64,000 bases of DNA. Origin: an uncultured bacterium. Lineage in GTDB: Bacteria > Acidobacteriota > Thermoanaerobaculia > Multivoradales > JAHZIX01. The stretch lies in contig CBDUPA010000005.1 in NCBI GenBank assembly GCA_965368975.1, forward strand, positions 160,001-224,000. The letters are read 5' to 3'. This document shows, one piece after another, positions 28,344 to 37,863 of this stretch; within the stretch, counting starts at the first letter, position 1, and each line of letters begins with the position of its first letter. The position numbers and the translations under genes were made by a program. The notes below the pieces were generated by a model. That model was not told the origin of the DNA. It saw only the letters and a program-made list of their open reading frames with translations, and made no database searches.

Positions 28344-29777
28344 ATGGACGGAATCACCCACCCACCCGACGCTCTCGCTCTGCTCGCCAACACCGGTCTC
28401 GAAGAATTGCACAGAGAGGACCCTGAACTACGGCGCCTGCTCAGTCGAGAATTGCAGCGGCAGCAGGAGACGCTCATGCTGGTCGCCGCGTCCAGCTCGG
28501 CGTCGCCGTCAGTGCTGGCGTGCGAGGGCATGTCGGTCGTCAACGTGACCACGGAGGGCTATCCCGGAGCCCGATACCACGCCGGCTGCGGTGAGGTCGA
28601 CAGCATCGAAGAGCTGGCCGTGGCGCGGGCTCGGGCGGCGTTCGGTGCTCGCTACGCCAACGTGCAGCCGCATTCCGGCAGCAGCGCCAACCAGGCCGTG
28701 CTGTTCGCGCTGCTGCGCCCCGGCGATACCTTGCTCGGTATGGATCTGGACGCCGGCGGCCACTTGACACACGGCTCGTCGGCGTCGATCAGTGGCAAGT
28801 ACTTCCAGGCCATCGGTTATGGCGTCGATAGCGACGGGCTCTTGGACTACGACGAGATCGTCGAGCTGGCCCATCAACATCAGCCGAAGCTGATCGTCTG
28901 TGGTGCCAGCGCCTACCCGCGGCAGATCGACTTTGCGCGCTTCCGTACCATTGCTGACGACGTTGGGGCCTGGCTGCTCGCCGACGTGTCGCATATTTCT
29001 GGCCTGATTGCCGCCGGCGTGCACCCGAGTCCGATCGACCATGCTCACATCACCACCACCAGCACGTACAAGCAGCTGTGTGGTCCGCGCGGCGGCCTGA
29101 TCTTGCTCGGTCGCGACTTCGACGCCAAGGTGCCCGCCGAGGCTCCGGCGACCGGCGGCCGTGCCTTGCCGCTGCACAAGGTGATGCAGCGAGCAGTGTT
29201 CCCGTACTTCCAGGGGACGCCCAATCTCGCCGCGATCAGTGCCAAGGCGCGTGCCCTGGCGCAGGTAGCGACGCCCGAGTTCCGTGCCTTCGCTGAGCGC
29301 GTTCTCGATGGCGCTCGCGCCCTGGCCGAGCAGCTGCAGGCCGCGGGGCACGTGGCGGTCAGCGGTGGTACCGACAACCACATGGTGCTGCTGGACCTGC
29401 GTCGAGGTCCGCGTGCCGGTGCTGGCCCACAGCTCACCGGTGCGGTGGTCGAGAAGGCGCTCGAAAGCTGCGGCATCATCGTCAACCGCAACCGCATCCC
29501 AGGCGATCCGACGCCGGCACGCGTCACTAGCGGTGTTCGCCTTGGTACCAACACGCCAGCCTTTCGCGGCATGGGGGCGCCGGAGATGGTGCGATGCGCC
29601 GAGTTGGTGGACGAAGTGATGCGCCGGGTCGAGGTCGTGGAGGGCCGCCGCAGCGCCCAGGGTGGCTTCCAGCTCGACACCGCTGTCGCTGAAAGAGTGC
29701 GCCGCGGCGTGCGCGAGTTGTGCGCCGCATTCCCTCTGCCCGGCTATCCCGCCTGTTCTGCCGCCAGCGTTTCCTGA
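28344..29777 (+). CDS. glyA: serine hydroxymethyltransferase homologue with divergent active site
   Basis: EGYPG, NVQPHSGS, GGHLTHG, PLP lysine in TTSTYKQLCGPRGG, SGGTDNH, SGVRLGT. Confidence 0.88.
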   Translation: MDGITHPPDALALLANTGLEELHREDPELRRLLSRELQRQQETLMLVAASSSASPSVLACEGMSVVNVTTEGYPGARYHAGCGEVDSIEELAVARARAAFGARYANVQPHSGSSANQAVLFALLRPGDTLLGMDLDAGGHLTHGSSASISGKYFQAIGYGVDSDGLLDYDEIVELAHQHQPKLIVCGASAYPRQIDFARFRTIADDVGAWLLADVSHISGLIAAGVHPSPIDHAHITTTSTYKQLCGPRGGLILLGRDFDAKVPAEAPATGGRALPLHKVMQRAVFPYFQGTPNLAAISAKARALAQVATPEFRAFAERVLDGARALAEQLQAAGHVAVSGGTDNHMVLLDLRRGPRAGAGPQLTGAVVEKALESCGIIVNRNRIPGDPTPARVTSGVRLGTNTPAFRGMGAPEMVRCAELVDEVMRRVEVVEGRRSAQGGFQLDTAVAERVRRGVRELCAAFPLPGYPACSAASVS

Positions 29778-31624
29778 CGCAGCCGCTCTGCCGCCGGGGA
29801 TAGGGGGGCGTAGGTGAGAATGCGGTTGATGCGATCCAGGGCTTTGACGTTGTCGCCCATGCCCTGGTAGATCGTCACCTCGGTGAGCAGGTTGTCTGCC
29901 AGCTTGTTGAGTCGTTCGTTGACTGGCTCGGCGTACTCGCCGCCGGGGAAGCGTTCAAGGTACTCGGCGCCGTTCTCGACCTGCTCGTACTTACCGGCGA
30001 TTTCGCTCAGGCGTTGGCGGGCGAGCAGCTGCAGCTCGGGGTCCTGATCGAGCTGGGCCAGCTGCTGCAGCGCCGCCAGTTGCTTCAGGTAGGGGGCCAG
30101 GTTCTGCAGGCCGGTGCGGGCACGCTGGCCAGCGTCGCTGGTGGGGTCGGCGCGCCACGCCTGCAGATAGCGTTCGACGGCGTCTGTCGGGCGCTGCAAG
30201 CGGCTGTAGGCGTTGCCCAAGGCCAGGGCCACCTCGGGGATCTCGGGAGCCTGCGGGAAGTTGCTGGCGAAGACTTCGAGGAAGCGTGTCTCGAAAAAGC
30301 CACCGGCAAAGATCTCTTGCGCTTGCGGGTAGAGTTCCTCGACGTCCTCGAGCATCAGCGCGACTTCGGCTTCCACCCGGTCGAGAAAGGGACTGTCTGG
30401 CGTCAACTCGCGCACCTCGGCGACTTCCTCGCGGTACGCCTCGAGCACCTTGCCGTAGTCGCGCTCCATTGGTTGCCCTCCGAGAGCGTCGTCGCGCAGC
30501 CGGTGCAGGAACTCGACGCGCAGCTCTTCGGCCTCGGTACCCTGCGGCCAGGTGGCAAGCGCGGTGCGCTTGAGCAGATCCTGGTACTTGGGATCCGCCT
30601 GCGGTACGAAGTCGAGCAAGGCTGCCTGGTGCGCCTGGCGAGTGACAGCAGCGCTGCTGAGATCCAGGATCTTGAGCAGCTCGGATCGCGTCTCGGCCGC
30701 GCGCATGCGGGTGTCCTCGAAGGGGTGGGTGCGCCAGTATCCGTACTCTTTGTTGGTCGGCAAGCGTGCGAGCATGGTTTGCCAGAGACGGCGGGCACCC
30801 TCGGGATCGTAGCCGGCGAAAGCCGCCAGCCGTTGTCCTTCGTCATCGCTCTCGTCCTCGAACTCGCGACTGTAGTCGAGTACCAAGAGCTGACTGACCA
30901 CCATGGCACCGATCATCGCGCCCTGTAGCACCTCGCCGCGGCCGCTCTCGCGGGTGTTGCCGTAGTAGGGATCGTAGCTGCGCGGGCCGACGTTCTGCGC
31001 GCCGACGGCCAGGCCAATGGCGAGGGCCTGCGTCAGGGCGTTGAGCAGGTTCGCGCGACGCTGGATGCGGAGGCCGTGTTCTTGGGTGACGTGAGCGATC
31101 TCGTGGCCCAGGAGACAGGCGAGCATGTCGTCGTCCAGACCCAGGTCGAGCATGCCGCGGGTGATGAAGATCTGGCCTCCGGGCAGTGCAAAGGCGTTCG
31201 GTACCGGCATGTCGAGAAGGTAGAAGGAGAACGGATACTTGCGAAATCGCGACTGCTGGACCAGCTGGTAGCCGATCTCGTTGATCCGTTGCAGTTGCTC
31301 AGGATCGTCGTACGGGCCGTAGTACTTGAGCGCCTGCAAGGCCGCCTCGAGGCTCTGTGCGAAGACCTTGGGGTCGCTGACCTTGGGGATGCGCCTATCC
31401 TCTTGTTTGGCGCCTTCCGAAGTCTGTGTCTCTGGAGCCTGTGCCCCCGAATCTTGAACCTCCGAAGACTGAACCTCCGAATCTTGAACCTCCGAAGACT
31501 GTATCTCCGAGGATGGGGTGTCCTGGGGGGAGGGCCCCGGGGATTGGGCGGCTAGAGGTAGCGAGTTCGGTAGGCTAAGCAGCAGCGGCAGGAGGAGGGC
31601 GGCGACGAGGCGCTGAGGTGTCAT
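29744..31624 (-). CDS. M48 family metalloprotease with helical/TPR-like C-terminus
   Basis: PNAFALPGG, LGHEIAH, YSREFEDESD, THP. Confidence 0.9.
   Translation of the reverse strand: MTPQRLVAALLLPLLLSLPNSLPLAAQSPGPSPQDTPSSEIQSSEVQDSEVQSSEVQDSGAQAPETQTSEGAKQEDRRIPKVSDPKVFAQSLEAALQALKYYGPYDDPEQLQRINEIGYQLVQQSRFRKYPFSFYLLDMPVPNAFALPGGQIFITRGMLDLGLDDDMLACLLGHEIAHVTQEHGLRIQRRANLLNALTQALAIGLAVGAQNVGPRSYDPYYGNTRESGRGEVLQGAMIGAMVVSQLLVLDYSREFEDESDDEGQRLAAFAGYDPEGARRLWQTMLARLPTNKEYGYWRTHPFEDTRMRAAETRSELLKILDLSSAAVTRQAHQAALLDFVPQADPKYQDLLKRTALATWPQGTEAEELRVEFLHRLRDDALGGQPMERDYGKVLEAYREEVAEVRELTPDSPFLDRVEAEVALMLEDVEELYPQAQEIFAGGFFETRFLEVFASNFPQAPEIPEVALALGNAYSRLQRPTDAVERYLQAWRADPTSDAGQRARTGLQNLAPYLKQLAALQQLAQLDQDPELQLLARQRLSEIAGKYEQVENGAEYLERFPGGEYAEPVNERLNKLADNLLTEVTIYQGMGDNVKALDRINRILTYAPLSPAAERLRQETLAAEQAG
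31447..31510 (-). repeat. 15/30-bp tandem repeat encoding SE(I/V)Q(S/D)
   Basis: CCGAATCTTGAACCTCCGAAGACTG present twice, in the N-terminal linker of the M48 protease. Confidence 0.85.
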
Positions 31625-31732
31625 AGTGTCGTCTCCATGGTCGGGTCTAGCAAGACAATGCGAACCCTGTGCCAGGTGCAACCCTCGGCGCGCCGGAAGG
31701 CTGCGACACGCCCAGTCGGCGAGTTCCCCCCC

Positions 31733-32488
31733 CTACCAGTCGCGGACCCTGCGGCGCGCTGGATACCGACGGCCTGGGCGCGGCGGCGGTCGGAATTTGC
31801 GTCGCCGCCGGTTGCGCGTCGTCGTCGGGCGTTTCGGGGCCCGGAACTTGGGCAGCAGGATGCCACCTGAGATCACCATGCGCAGGCCGTCCTCGACCGT
31901 GATCGTGGTGTCGATGGCATCGCGCCGCGGCACCAGGAGCAAGAAGCCGCTGGTCGGATTCGGCGTCGTCGGCACGAAGACCAGCAGCAGGTCGGACAAC
32001 TGGTCGTCGAGCACACCCCAGCGGGCGCCGCCGGTGACGAAGGCGAGGGCGTAGATCTTGGATTTCGGGTACTCGATGATGACCACCCGCTTGAAGGCCT
32101 CGGCCTGGTCCTGCGATACGGCCTCCAGGATTCCCTTGGTGCCGGAGTACACCGAGCGAGCGACCGGGATACGGTCGATGATCCGCTCCATGATGTGCAG
32201 CACGCGGCGCCCCAACACCTTGGTCGAGAGCCAGCCGAGGAACATCACGATCAGGAAGGTGAAGACCACTCCCAGGCCGACCGGTCGAAAGCCCAGCTCG
32301 GTGTCGAGCCAGCGGATCACCGGCTCGAAAGTGCCGTCCATCAGCTGTAGCAGCTGTCGCAGCACGAAGATGGTCAGTGCCACCGGCGTCAGGACGAACA
32401 GTCCAGCCAGTAGTACGCGCCGAAAACGGGCACGCCAGTTCAGCTTCTTGTGGGGTTCGAGACCGGCGGGGAGGGTGTGCAGCGTCAC
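31733..32488 (-). CDS. DUF502 membrane protein
   Basis: RIPVARSVY, VIIEYP, VFVPTTPNPTSGFL, ISGG. Confidence 0.92.
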   Translation of the reverse strand: MTLHTLPAGLEPHKKLNWRARFRRVLLAGLFVLTPVALTIFVLRQLLQLMDGTFEPVIRWLDTELGFRPVGLGVVFTFLIVMFLGWLSTKVLGRRVLHIMERIIDRIPVARSVYSGTKGILEAVSQDQAEAFKRVVIIEYPKSKIYALAFVTGGARWGVLDDQLSDLLLVFVPTTPNPTSGFLLLVPRRDAIDTTITVEDGLRMVISGGILLPKFRAPKRPTTTRNRRRRKFRPPPRPGRRYPARRRVRDW

Positions 32489-32531
32489 CCGTCTAGCGTA
32501 TCAACAAACGCCTCAGCTGGCCTGTTCGAGT

Positions 32532-33311
32532 TCATTCCGGTTCGCTGAAGCGCTCGACCAGCGGTGGCAGCTCGATCTCGTCGACTGCGATGGCCTGCAG
32601 GCGATCCTGGAACGTCTGGACGGCCGCGCCCAGGCGTAGCTCCTGCGTCCAGTCGCGGATCTCTTCGTTCAGTCGTTGCTGCCGCAGCACCTCGCGGATC
32701 TGACCGCGCACGTCGTTGAGCTGCGGGACTTCGGCGCCGGCGGCTTCGAGCTGCGGCGTCAGCACACTGCGGTAGTAGGTGCGGATGTCGTCGGCATCGA
32801 CAAAGACTCGCGGTCCGAGGCGTTCCTCGACGTAGATCAAGACCAGGAGTTGCCGCGTCACCAACTGCCGCAAGGCGTCCTCGTCGAGGTCGAGCTGTCG
32901 CAGGTGGCGGCGGAAGGCCTCGCCGCTGTCGAAGCGTCCGCGGATCCGTTCGAACTCGGTCTCGATCGCCGCCAGCGGCAGTTCTTCGAAGCCGAAGCGC
33001 TCGACTTCCTGGAGTCGCAGGCGGTCGTCGATCAACTCCTGCAGTACGCGCTGGCGAAAGGCGGTCGCGTCTTCGTCGGCAGTTGGCTGCGCCAGTCCCA
33101 ACGCGATCGCGCGCTCGACGTCCGATACCAGGATCGGAGCCTCATTGACTGTGGCGACGATAGCGTCTTCGAGCTGCGTCTGAGCTGGTGGCACCTGAGC
33201 TGGCGGTTCCTGAGATGGCAGGCGCGTCGGGGTCACGGTGATGATCGTGAGTAGGAGGCAGAGCAGGAGCCAGGGTGAGCGGAGATGGGGGGAGGGCTTC
33301 GAATTCGACAT
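32532..33311 (-). CDS. SurA N-terminal-domain chaperone-like protein
   Basis: IVATVNEAPILVSDV, LQELIDDRLRLQE; no parvulin domain visible. Confidence 0.8.
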   Translation of the reverse strand: MSNSKPSPHLRSPWLLLCLLLTIITVTPTRLPSQEPPAQVPPAQTQLEDAIVATVNEAPILVSDVERAIALGLAQPTADEDATAFRQRVLQELIDDRLRLQEVERFGFEELPLAAIETEFERIRGRFDSGEAFRRHLRQLDLDEDALRQLVTRQLLVLIYVEERLGPRVFVDADDIRTYYRSVLTPQLEAAGAEVPQLNDVRGQIREVLRQQRLNEEIRDWTQELRLGAAVQTFQDRLQAIAVDEIELPPLVERFSEPE

Positions 33312-33320
33312 GTCTGTAGC

Positions 33321-34727
33321 CTATCGGATCCGAGGCTTGCCGGATCGTCGCCTGCGCACGATGGCCGTGACTGTGGCCGGTCCACGGCGGTGGATCCACC
33401 ACACCAAGGCGATCGCCACCGCTCCCAGGCCGGCACACAAGCCCCACCACAGTCCCTGCAGGCCGAGGCCAGCGGCGTTCCCCCAGCCCGGGAGCAGGCC
33501 AAAGGCCAGGAGGTAGCCGAGCGGCAGGCCGATCAGGTAGTGACCGAAGAAGTTGAAAACCGCCGCTGGTCGCGGCCGACCCATGCCCCGCAGTACTCCG
33601 CCACCGACCACCTGCGCGCCGTCGAAGACCTGCGACGCTGCCATCACCGGCAGCACTGCCGCGGACAGCGCTAGCACCGCGGGATCGTTGGTGAACAACG
33701 CCGACAGCGGTGTGCGCCAGGTGAGGAAGACGACCATCCAGCCGAGCATCACGCAGCTACTCAGACCCAGTGCGATCCACGCTGCCTGCTGCGCCCGGGC
33801 TGGATCGCCGCGCCCGAGCAGATTGCCGACGCGCGTTACGGCACCCATCGACAGGCCGAGTGGCATCATGAAGGCCAGGGCCGAGAAGTTGAGCACGATG
33901 GTGTGGGTTGCCAGCGAGGTCTCGCCCAGCAGGCCAGCGAGGAAGGTACTGAGGATGAAGGCCCACATTTCCAGGCCCAACTGCGCTGCGATTGGGGTAC
34001 CAAAGCTGGCGATGCGGCGCAGGCCGGTGAGATCGAAGGCGTTGCGGCTCCAGCCGGTCCAGGCGCCACGCTGCAGGCGTCGGCGGACGATGATCACGGC
34101 GAGGCCGACGAAGAGGAAGATCTGGGTCAAGGTCGTCGACAGGCTGGCGCCCGCGACACCCATGGCCGGGAAACCCAGGTTGCCGAAGATCAGCAGCCAG
34201 TTGGCCACCACGTTGATGCCATTGGCGGCCACCGCGATCCACATCGCCGGCCGCATCAAGGATCGTCCTTGCAGCCACTGGCGCAGCGCGATGAAGCCGA
34301 AGAAGAACGGCAATCCGGGCAATTGCAGCACCGTGTAGAGGTGGGCCGTGCGCGCCAGGTGTGGTTCCTGGCCCAGCGTCACCAGGATCGGCTGTGTCCA
34401 CAACCAGAGCAGGCCGATCGGAATCGCCACGGCGACCGAGATCACCAGGCCCTGTTGCAGGACCAGGCTCAGGGTGTGCCGGTCGCGCGCACCGTGCGCC
34501 TGGCTGACCAGTGGGTCCATGCCCATGGTCATGCCCAGGCCGATGATGATGCCGGCGATCATCCAGCCGCGTGCCAAGCCGGTCGAGGCGACCGCGTGCA
34601 CGCTCACTTGCCCGAGCATCAGCAGGTCGACCATCCACATGGCCATCGACGCCAGTTGTCCGAGGGTCACCGGTGTTGCCAGCCGCACCAGCGCCTGGAC
34701 GTCGCGGCGCAGCGCGGAGTCGACCAT
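33321..34727 (-). CDS. MATE family efflux transporter
   Basis: VDLLMLG, SQAHGA, LIFGNLGFPAMGVAGA, RVGNLLG, FDGAQVVGGGVLRG. Confidence 0.93.
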   Translation of the reverse strand: MVDSALRRDVQALVRLATPVTLGQLASMAMWMVDLLMLGQVSVHAVASTGLARGWMIAGIIIGLGMTMGMDPLVSQAHGARDRHTLSLVLQQGLVISVAVAIPIGLLWLWTQPILVTLGQEPHLARTAHLYTVLQLPGLPFFFGFIALRQWLQGRSLMRPAMWIAVAANGINVVANWLLIFGNLGFPAMGVAGASLSTTLTQIFLFVGLAVIIVRRRLQRGAWTGWSRNAFDLTGLRRIASFGTPIAAQLGLEMWAFILSTFLAGLLGETSLATHTIVLNFSALAFMMPLGLSMGAVTRVGNLLGRGDPARAQQAAWIALGLSSCVMLGWMVVFLTWRTPLSALFTNDPAVLALSAAVLPVMAASQVFDGAQVVGGGVLRGMGRPRPAAVFNFFGHYLIGLPLGYLLAFGLLPGWGNAAGLGLQGLWWGLCAGLGAVAIALVWWIHRRGPATVTAIVRRRRSGKPRIR

Positions 34728-34729
34728 GG

Positions 34730-35764
34730 CTAGTTTCGAGGTAGCAGGTGCCGGAGGAAGGTCTGCTGGGCTTCGCTGACGCGTGACAGCTGCTCCTCGG
34801 TCAAGCCTTGCAGGCCGTCGATGCGCGCCGCGTCCCAGCTCTCACTCGCGCCGGTGCCACGGGTACCTGGTTCCGGACAGAAGGTGGCGCCGAAGAGACT
34901 GGCACCCGACAGATCGGCGCCGGTGAGGTTGGCGCCGCGGAAGTCTGCGCCCTCGAGATCGGCGTGGTGGAACGACGCACCCCGCAAATCCGCGCCCTGG
35001 AAATGGGCATTGGACAGGTTTGCACCGTCGAAGCGGCTACCCCGCAGCTGAGCCTGGGCAAAGTGCGCGTCGCGCAGCAGGGCGTCACGGGCATCGAGGC
35101 CGTCGAGCGGCATGTGCTCGGCTTGCAAGCCGAGTAGCTCACGTCCTTCGAGGTTTCTGGCGTCGAGCAGCCGTTTGACCTCGCGCCGGTCCAGGTTGGA
35201 GACGATGTAGCGCTCTTCCTTCCACGGATCGGCGTGGTTGTGGTAGCCCGTCTCCGCTTCCCAATAGCCCAGCCGATCTTCAGCCAGCACCTCAATGTGC
35301 TCCAACCACTTGACGCTCTTGTAGAAGTAGCGCCCGGGCACAATCGTGCGTACCGGCCCGCCGTGGATCTCGCTCAGTGGCGCGCCGTCATAGCGGAAGG
35401 CGAGAAAGGCGCCGAGCTCCAGCGTATCGGCCAGGGGCAGCGACGTGCTGTGCCGGCGCTCCGAACGCGCCACGAAGGAGAGGAACTTCCCTTCCGCCAG
35501 CGGTGCACACGCTTGGAGCAACGGCGCCAGCGGCAGGCCGTCGAACGTCGCGTCGAGCTTGGACCAGCGGGTGACGCAGTGGATGTCGACCGTGAACTCT
35601 TGCTGTGGTTGTGCCAGCAGCTCGTCCAGGGTCCACGTCCGTGGCTGCGCCACCAGGCCGTCGATGGTGAGTGTCCAGGGAGCCCCATCCGCCCGCGGCG
35701 CTCGCTCCCCGACGATCGGCCACTTGCCCTCCGCCGCGAGGGCCTGGTGCGGCGGTAACCTCAC
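34730..35764 (-). CDS. molybdopterin-dependent oxidoreductase (MsrP/sulfite-oxidase family) fused to pentapeptide repeats
   Basis: LPPHQ, DIHCVTRWS, HGGPVR, YFYKSVKWL, GYWE...GYH, then A(N/D)LxxAxF repeats; GTG start overlaps the metK stop (GTGA). Confidence 0.88.
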   Translation of the reverse strand: MRLPPHQALAAEGKWPIVGERAPRADGAPWTLTIDGLVAQPRTWTLDELLAQPQQEFTVDIHCVTRWSKLDATFDGLPLAPLLQACAPLAEGKFLSFVARSERRHSTSLPLADTLELGAFLAFRYDGAPLSEIHGGPVRTIVPGRYFYKSVKWLEHIEVLAEDRLGYWEAETGYHNHADPWKEERYIVSNLDRREVKRLLDARNLEGRELLGLQAEHMPLDGLDARDALLRDAHFAQAQLRGSRFDGANLSNAHFQGADLRGASFHHADLEGADFRGANLTGADLSGASLFGATFCPEPGTRGTGASESWDAARIDGLQGLTEEQLSRVSEAQQTFLRHLLPRN

Positions 35765-36882
35765 ACGTCGGCGATCTTTTCCCACGGGAACAAGTCGCGG
35801 CCGTAGTGGCCGTAGGAGGCTGTCTGAAAGTACTTCCAGCCCTTGGGGTTGAACAGCTCCAGCTGGTCGATGATGGCGTTCGGCGACAGGTCTGGGAACT
35901 TCTGGTTGACCCAGTCCGAGACGTCCTTGCCGTCCTGGATCAGGGCCGAGACCATCTCGGGCTGATGCTTGCCAATACCGTAAGCCAAGCGTACCGTGCA
36001 CTCCTTGGCGCCGCCCACCTGGTGCTTGACCACCGTCTTGGCGATGTGTCGCGCCATGTAGGCTGCCGAGCGGTCGACCTTGGTGGCGTCCTTGCCGGAG
36101 TAAGCACCGCCGCCCACCGGCACCAGCGGACCGTACGCGTCGACCACGATCTTGCGACCGACCACGCCAGCGTCACCGACTGTACCGCCGATGACGAAGC
36201 GGCCGGTGCCGTTGATCGTCACCTTCGCGGGGTTGATGTCGCCGACCACCGGCTTGACCGCGCGCTCGAGCAGAGTCTTGACCACGTGCTCGCTGCTCAC
36301 CTCGTCGGCATGCTGGGCGGCTACGATGACACTGGAGACCGAGCCGTCGCGGTCGAGCGTCACCTGCGTCTTGTGATCGGCGCCGAGCCACGCGAGCCCG
36401 TCCTCGTCGACCTGCAAGTGGCGCAGGGCCAGTGCGATGTCGCGTGCCAGGCGCCACTCCTCGGGTACCATCTCCGCGTTCTCGTCGCTCGCGTAGCCGA
36501 CCATCACACCCTGATCCCCGGCGCCGCCGTGATCGGTGCCAGTACCGGCGCCCTCTGCGATGTCAGGGGACTGCGGCTGGATGTGATCGATGACGGTGAG
36601 GATGTCGGGATCGCCGTAGCCGATGTGCTTCCAGGTCTTGCGCGCCAGTTGCGTCACGCTCAGCTGCGCCCACACCTCGTCGGGGAGTTTCACCTCGCCG
36701 GAGACTACTAGCAGGTGATCCTTGGCCAGACACTCGATCGCCGTGCGCGTCTTGCGCCGCGTCGCCGCATCGCCGCACAGACGGAGGACTTCGTCGAGAA
36801 TGCAGTCCGCGACCTGGTCGCAGAATTTGTCGGGGTGGCCGGCGGACACGTGTTCCGCGGTCCTGGCAAAGGGATGACTCAT
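35761..36882 (-). CDS. metK: S-adenosylmethionine synthetase
   Basis: GHPDK, QSPDI, GAGDQG, GRKIVVD, GGGAYSGKD, KVDRSAAY, YGHYGR. Confidence 0.95.
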   Translation of the reverse strand: MSHPFARTAEHVSAGHPDKFCDQVADCILDEVLRLCGDAATRRKTRTAIECLAKDHLLVVSGEVKLPDEVWAQLSVTQLARKTWKHIGYGDPDILTVIDHIQPQSPDIAEGAGTGTDHGGAGDQGVMVGYASDENAEMVPEEWRLARDIALALRHLQVDEDGLAWLGADHKTQVTLDRDGSVSSVIVAAQHADEVSSEHVVKTLLERAVKPVVGDINPAKVTINGTGRFVIGGTVGDAGVVGRKIVVDAYGPLVPVGGGAYSGKDATKVDRSAAYMARHIAKTVVKHQVGGAKECTVRLAYGIGKHQPEMVSALIQDGKDVSDWVNQKFPDLSPNAIIDQLELFNPKGWKYFQTASYGHYGRDLFPWEKIADV

Positions 36883-37137
36883 TGTTCACTCTCCGTAAGG
36901 CAGCTAAGGCCGTGAGGCAGCTATGGCAGAGCGACGGACCGTCAGTTGTGAGGGGTCCGTGGCTGTCGTGCAAGCATCATGAGAAAGTTGGATTCGGCTT
37001 GGGCCGAGGGTGATCCAGGCAGCGGATCGATGGAAAACGCCGGGCGATGGTAGCACAAGTCTCCGAGCCGGGGCGGTCGACGCGCTACAATCTGGGCATC
37101 GTGTGATTCTAGTGGATCCGCGATGTAGGGTAGCCCC

Positions 37138-37614
37138 ATGCAAGTGCGCAATGTCCACACCCGTCGCCTCGACGTGCCCGCTTCTGCCGTCGGTGAACTG
37201 CTCGATTCTGCTGGCTCCAGGAGCGACCGCTTGTGGCCACGCGGCTGGCCACGCATGAAGTTCGACCAGCCGCTCAGCGTCGGTGTGCGGGGTGGTCACG
37301 GGCCGATCCGCTACTTCGTCGAGGCCTACGAACCTGGGAAGAACGTGCGATTCCGTTTCACCGGCCCTCGCGGCTTCGATGGCTACCATTCGCTCGAGAT
37401 CGAGCTGGACGGCGACGGGGCCTGTGTTCTGCGGCACGTAATCGAGATGCGAGCACGGGGGATTGCGGTCGTCACATGGACGGTGGTCTTCGGTCCGTTG
37501 CACGATGCGCTGATCGAAGACCTGCTAGACCGAGCAGAGCACGAACTCGAACTGGGGACGCCGCGAACGCCTTGGAGCCCTTGGGTGCGGTTTCTGCGTT
37601 GGGTGCTGCGGTGA
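37138..37614 (+). CDS. SRPBCC-family protein
   Basis: DRLWP, GGHGPIRY, LHDALIEDLLDRAE. Confidence 0.75.
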   Translation: MQVRNVHTRRLDVPASAVGELLDSAGSRSDRLWPRGWPRMKFDQPLSVGVRGGHGPIRYFVEAYEPGKNVRFRFTGPRGFDGYHSLEIELDGDGACVLRHVIEMRARGIAVVTWTVVFGPLHDALIEDLLDRAEHELELGTPRTPWSPWVRFLRWVLR

Positions 37615-37647
37615 ACTGCTATTCCTTGATGTAGCGGGAAACCGCAG

Positions 37648-37863
37648 TCACGCGATCTTGCGCAGGACGTTCGCTTTCTTGCTCTCGATCGACCGCAGCA
37701 TTTCTTGCAGCGCGTCGACTTTTTCCACCTCGAAGAAAGGTTCTCCGCACTGCTGGCAAACTCAGGCTGGGACACGATCCAGCGTGACATGGCAGCCTTC
37801 ACGATCGAAGTGAAACGGAGCAGTTGCCCACTTCATCTGACCTTTACAGTGGAGGCACGTCAT
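37648..37863 (-). pseudogene. YgiT-type (MqsA-like) zinc-finger antitoxin with internal stop
   Basis: MTCLHCKGQM...DRVPA*VCQQCGEPFFE...KIA; TGA at 37762-37764 where Trp is usual; AAGGAG RBS. Confidence 0.85.

Noticed and set aside
37762-37764. TGA as selenocysteine or recoded Trp in the zinc-finger gene
   Set aside because: The position is not a Cys site, TGA is a normal stop throughout the window, and the partner toxin is also broken; a nonsense mutation is simpler.
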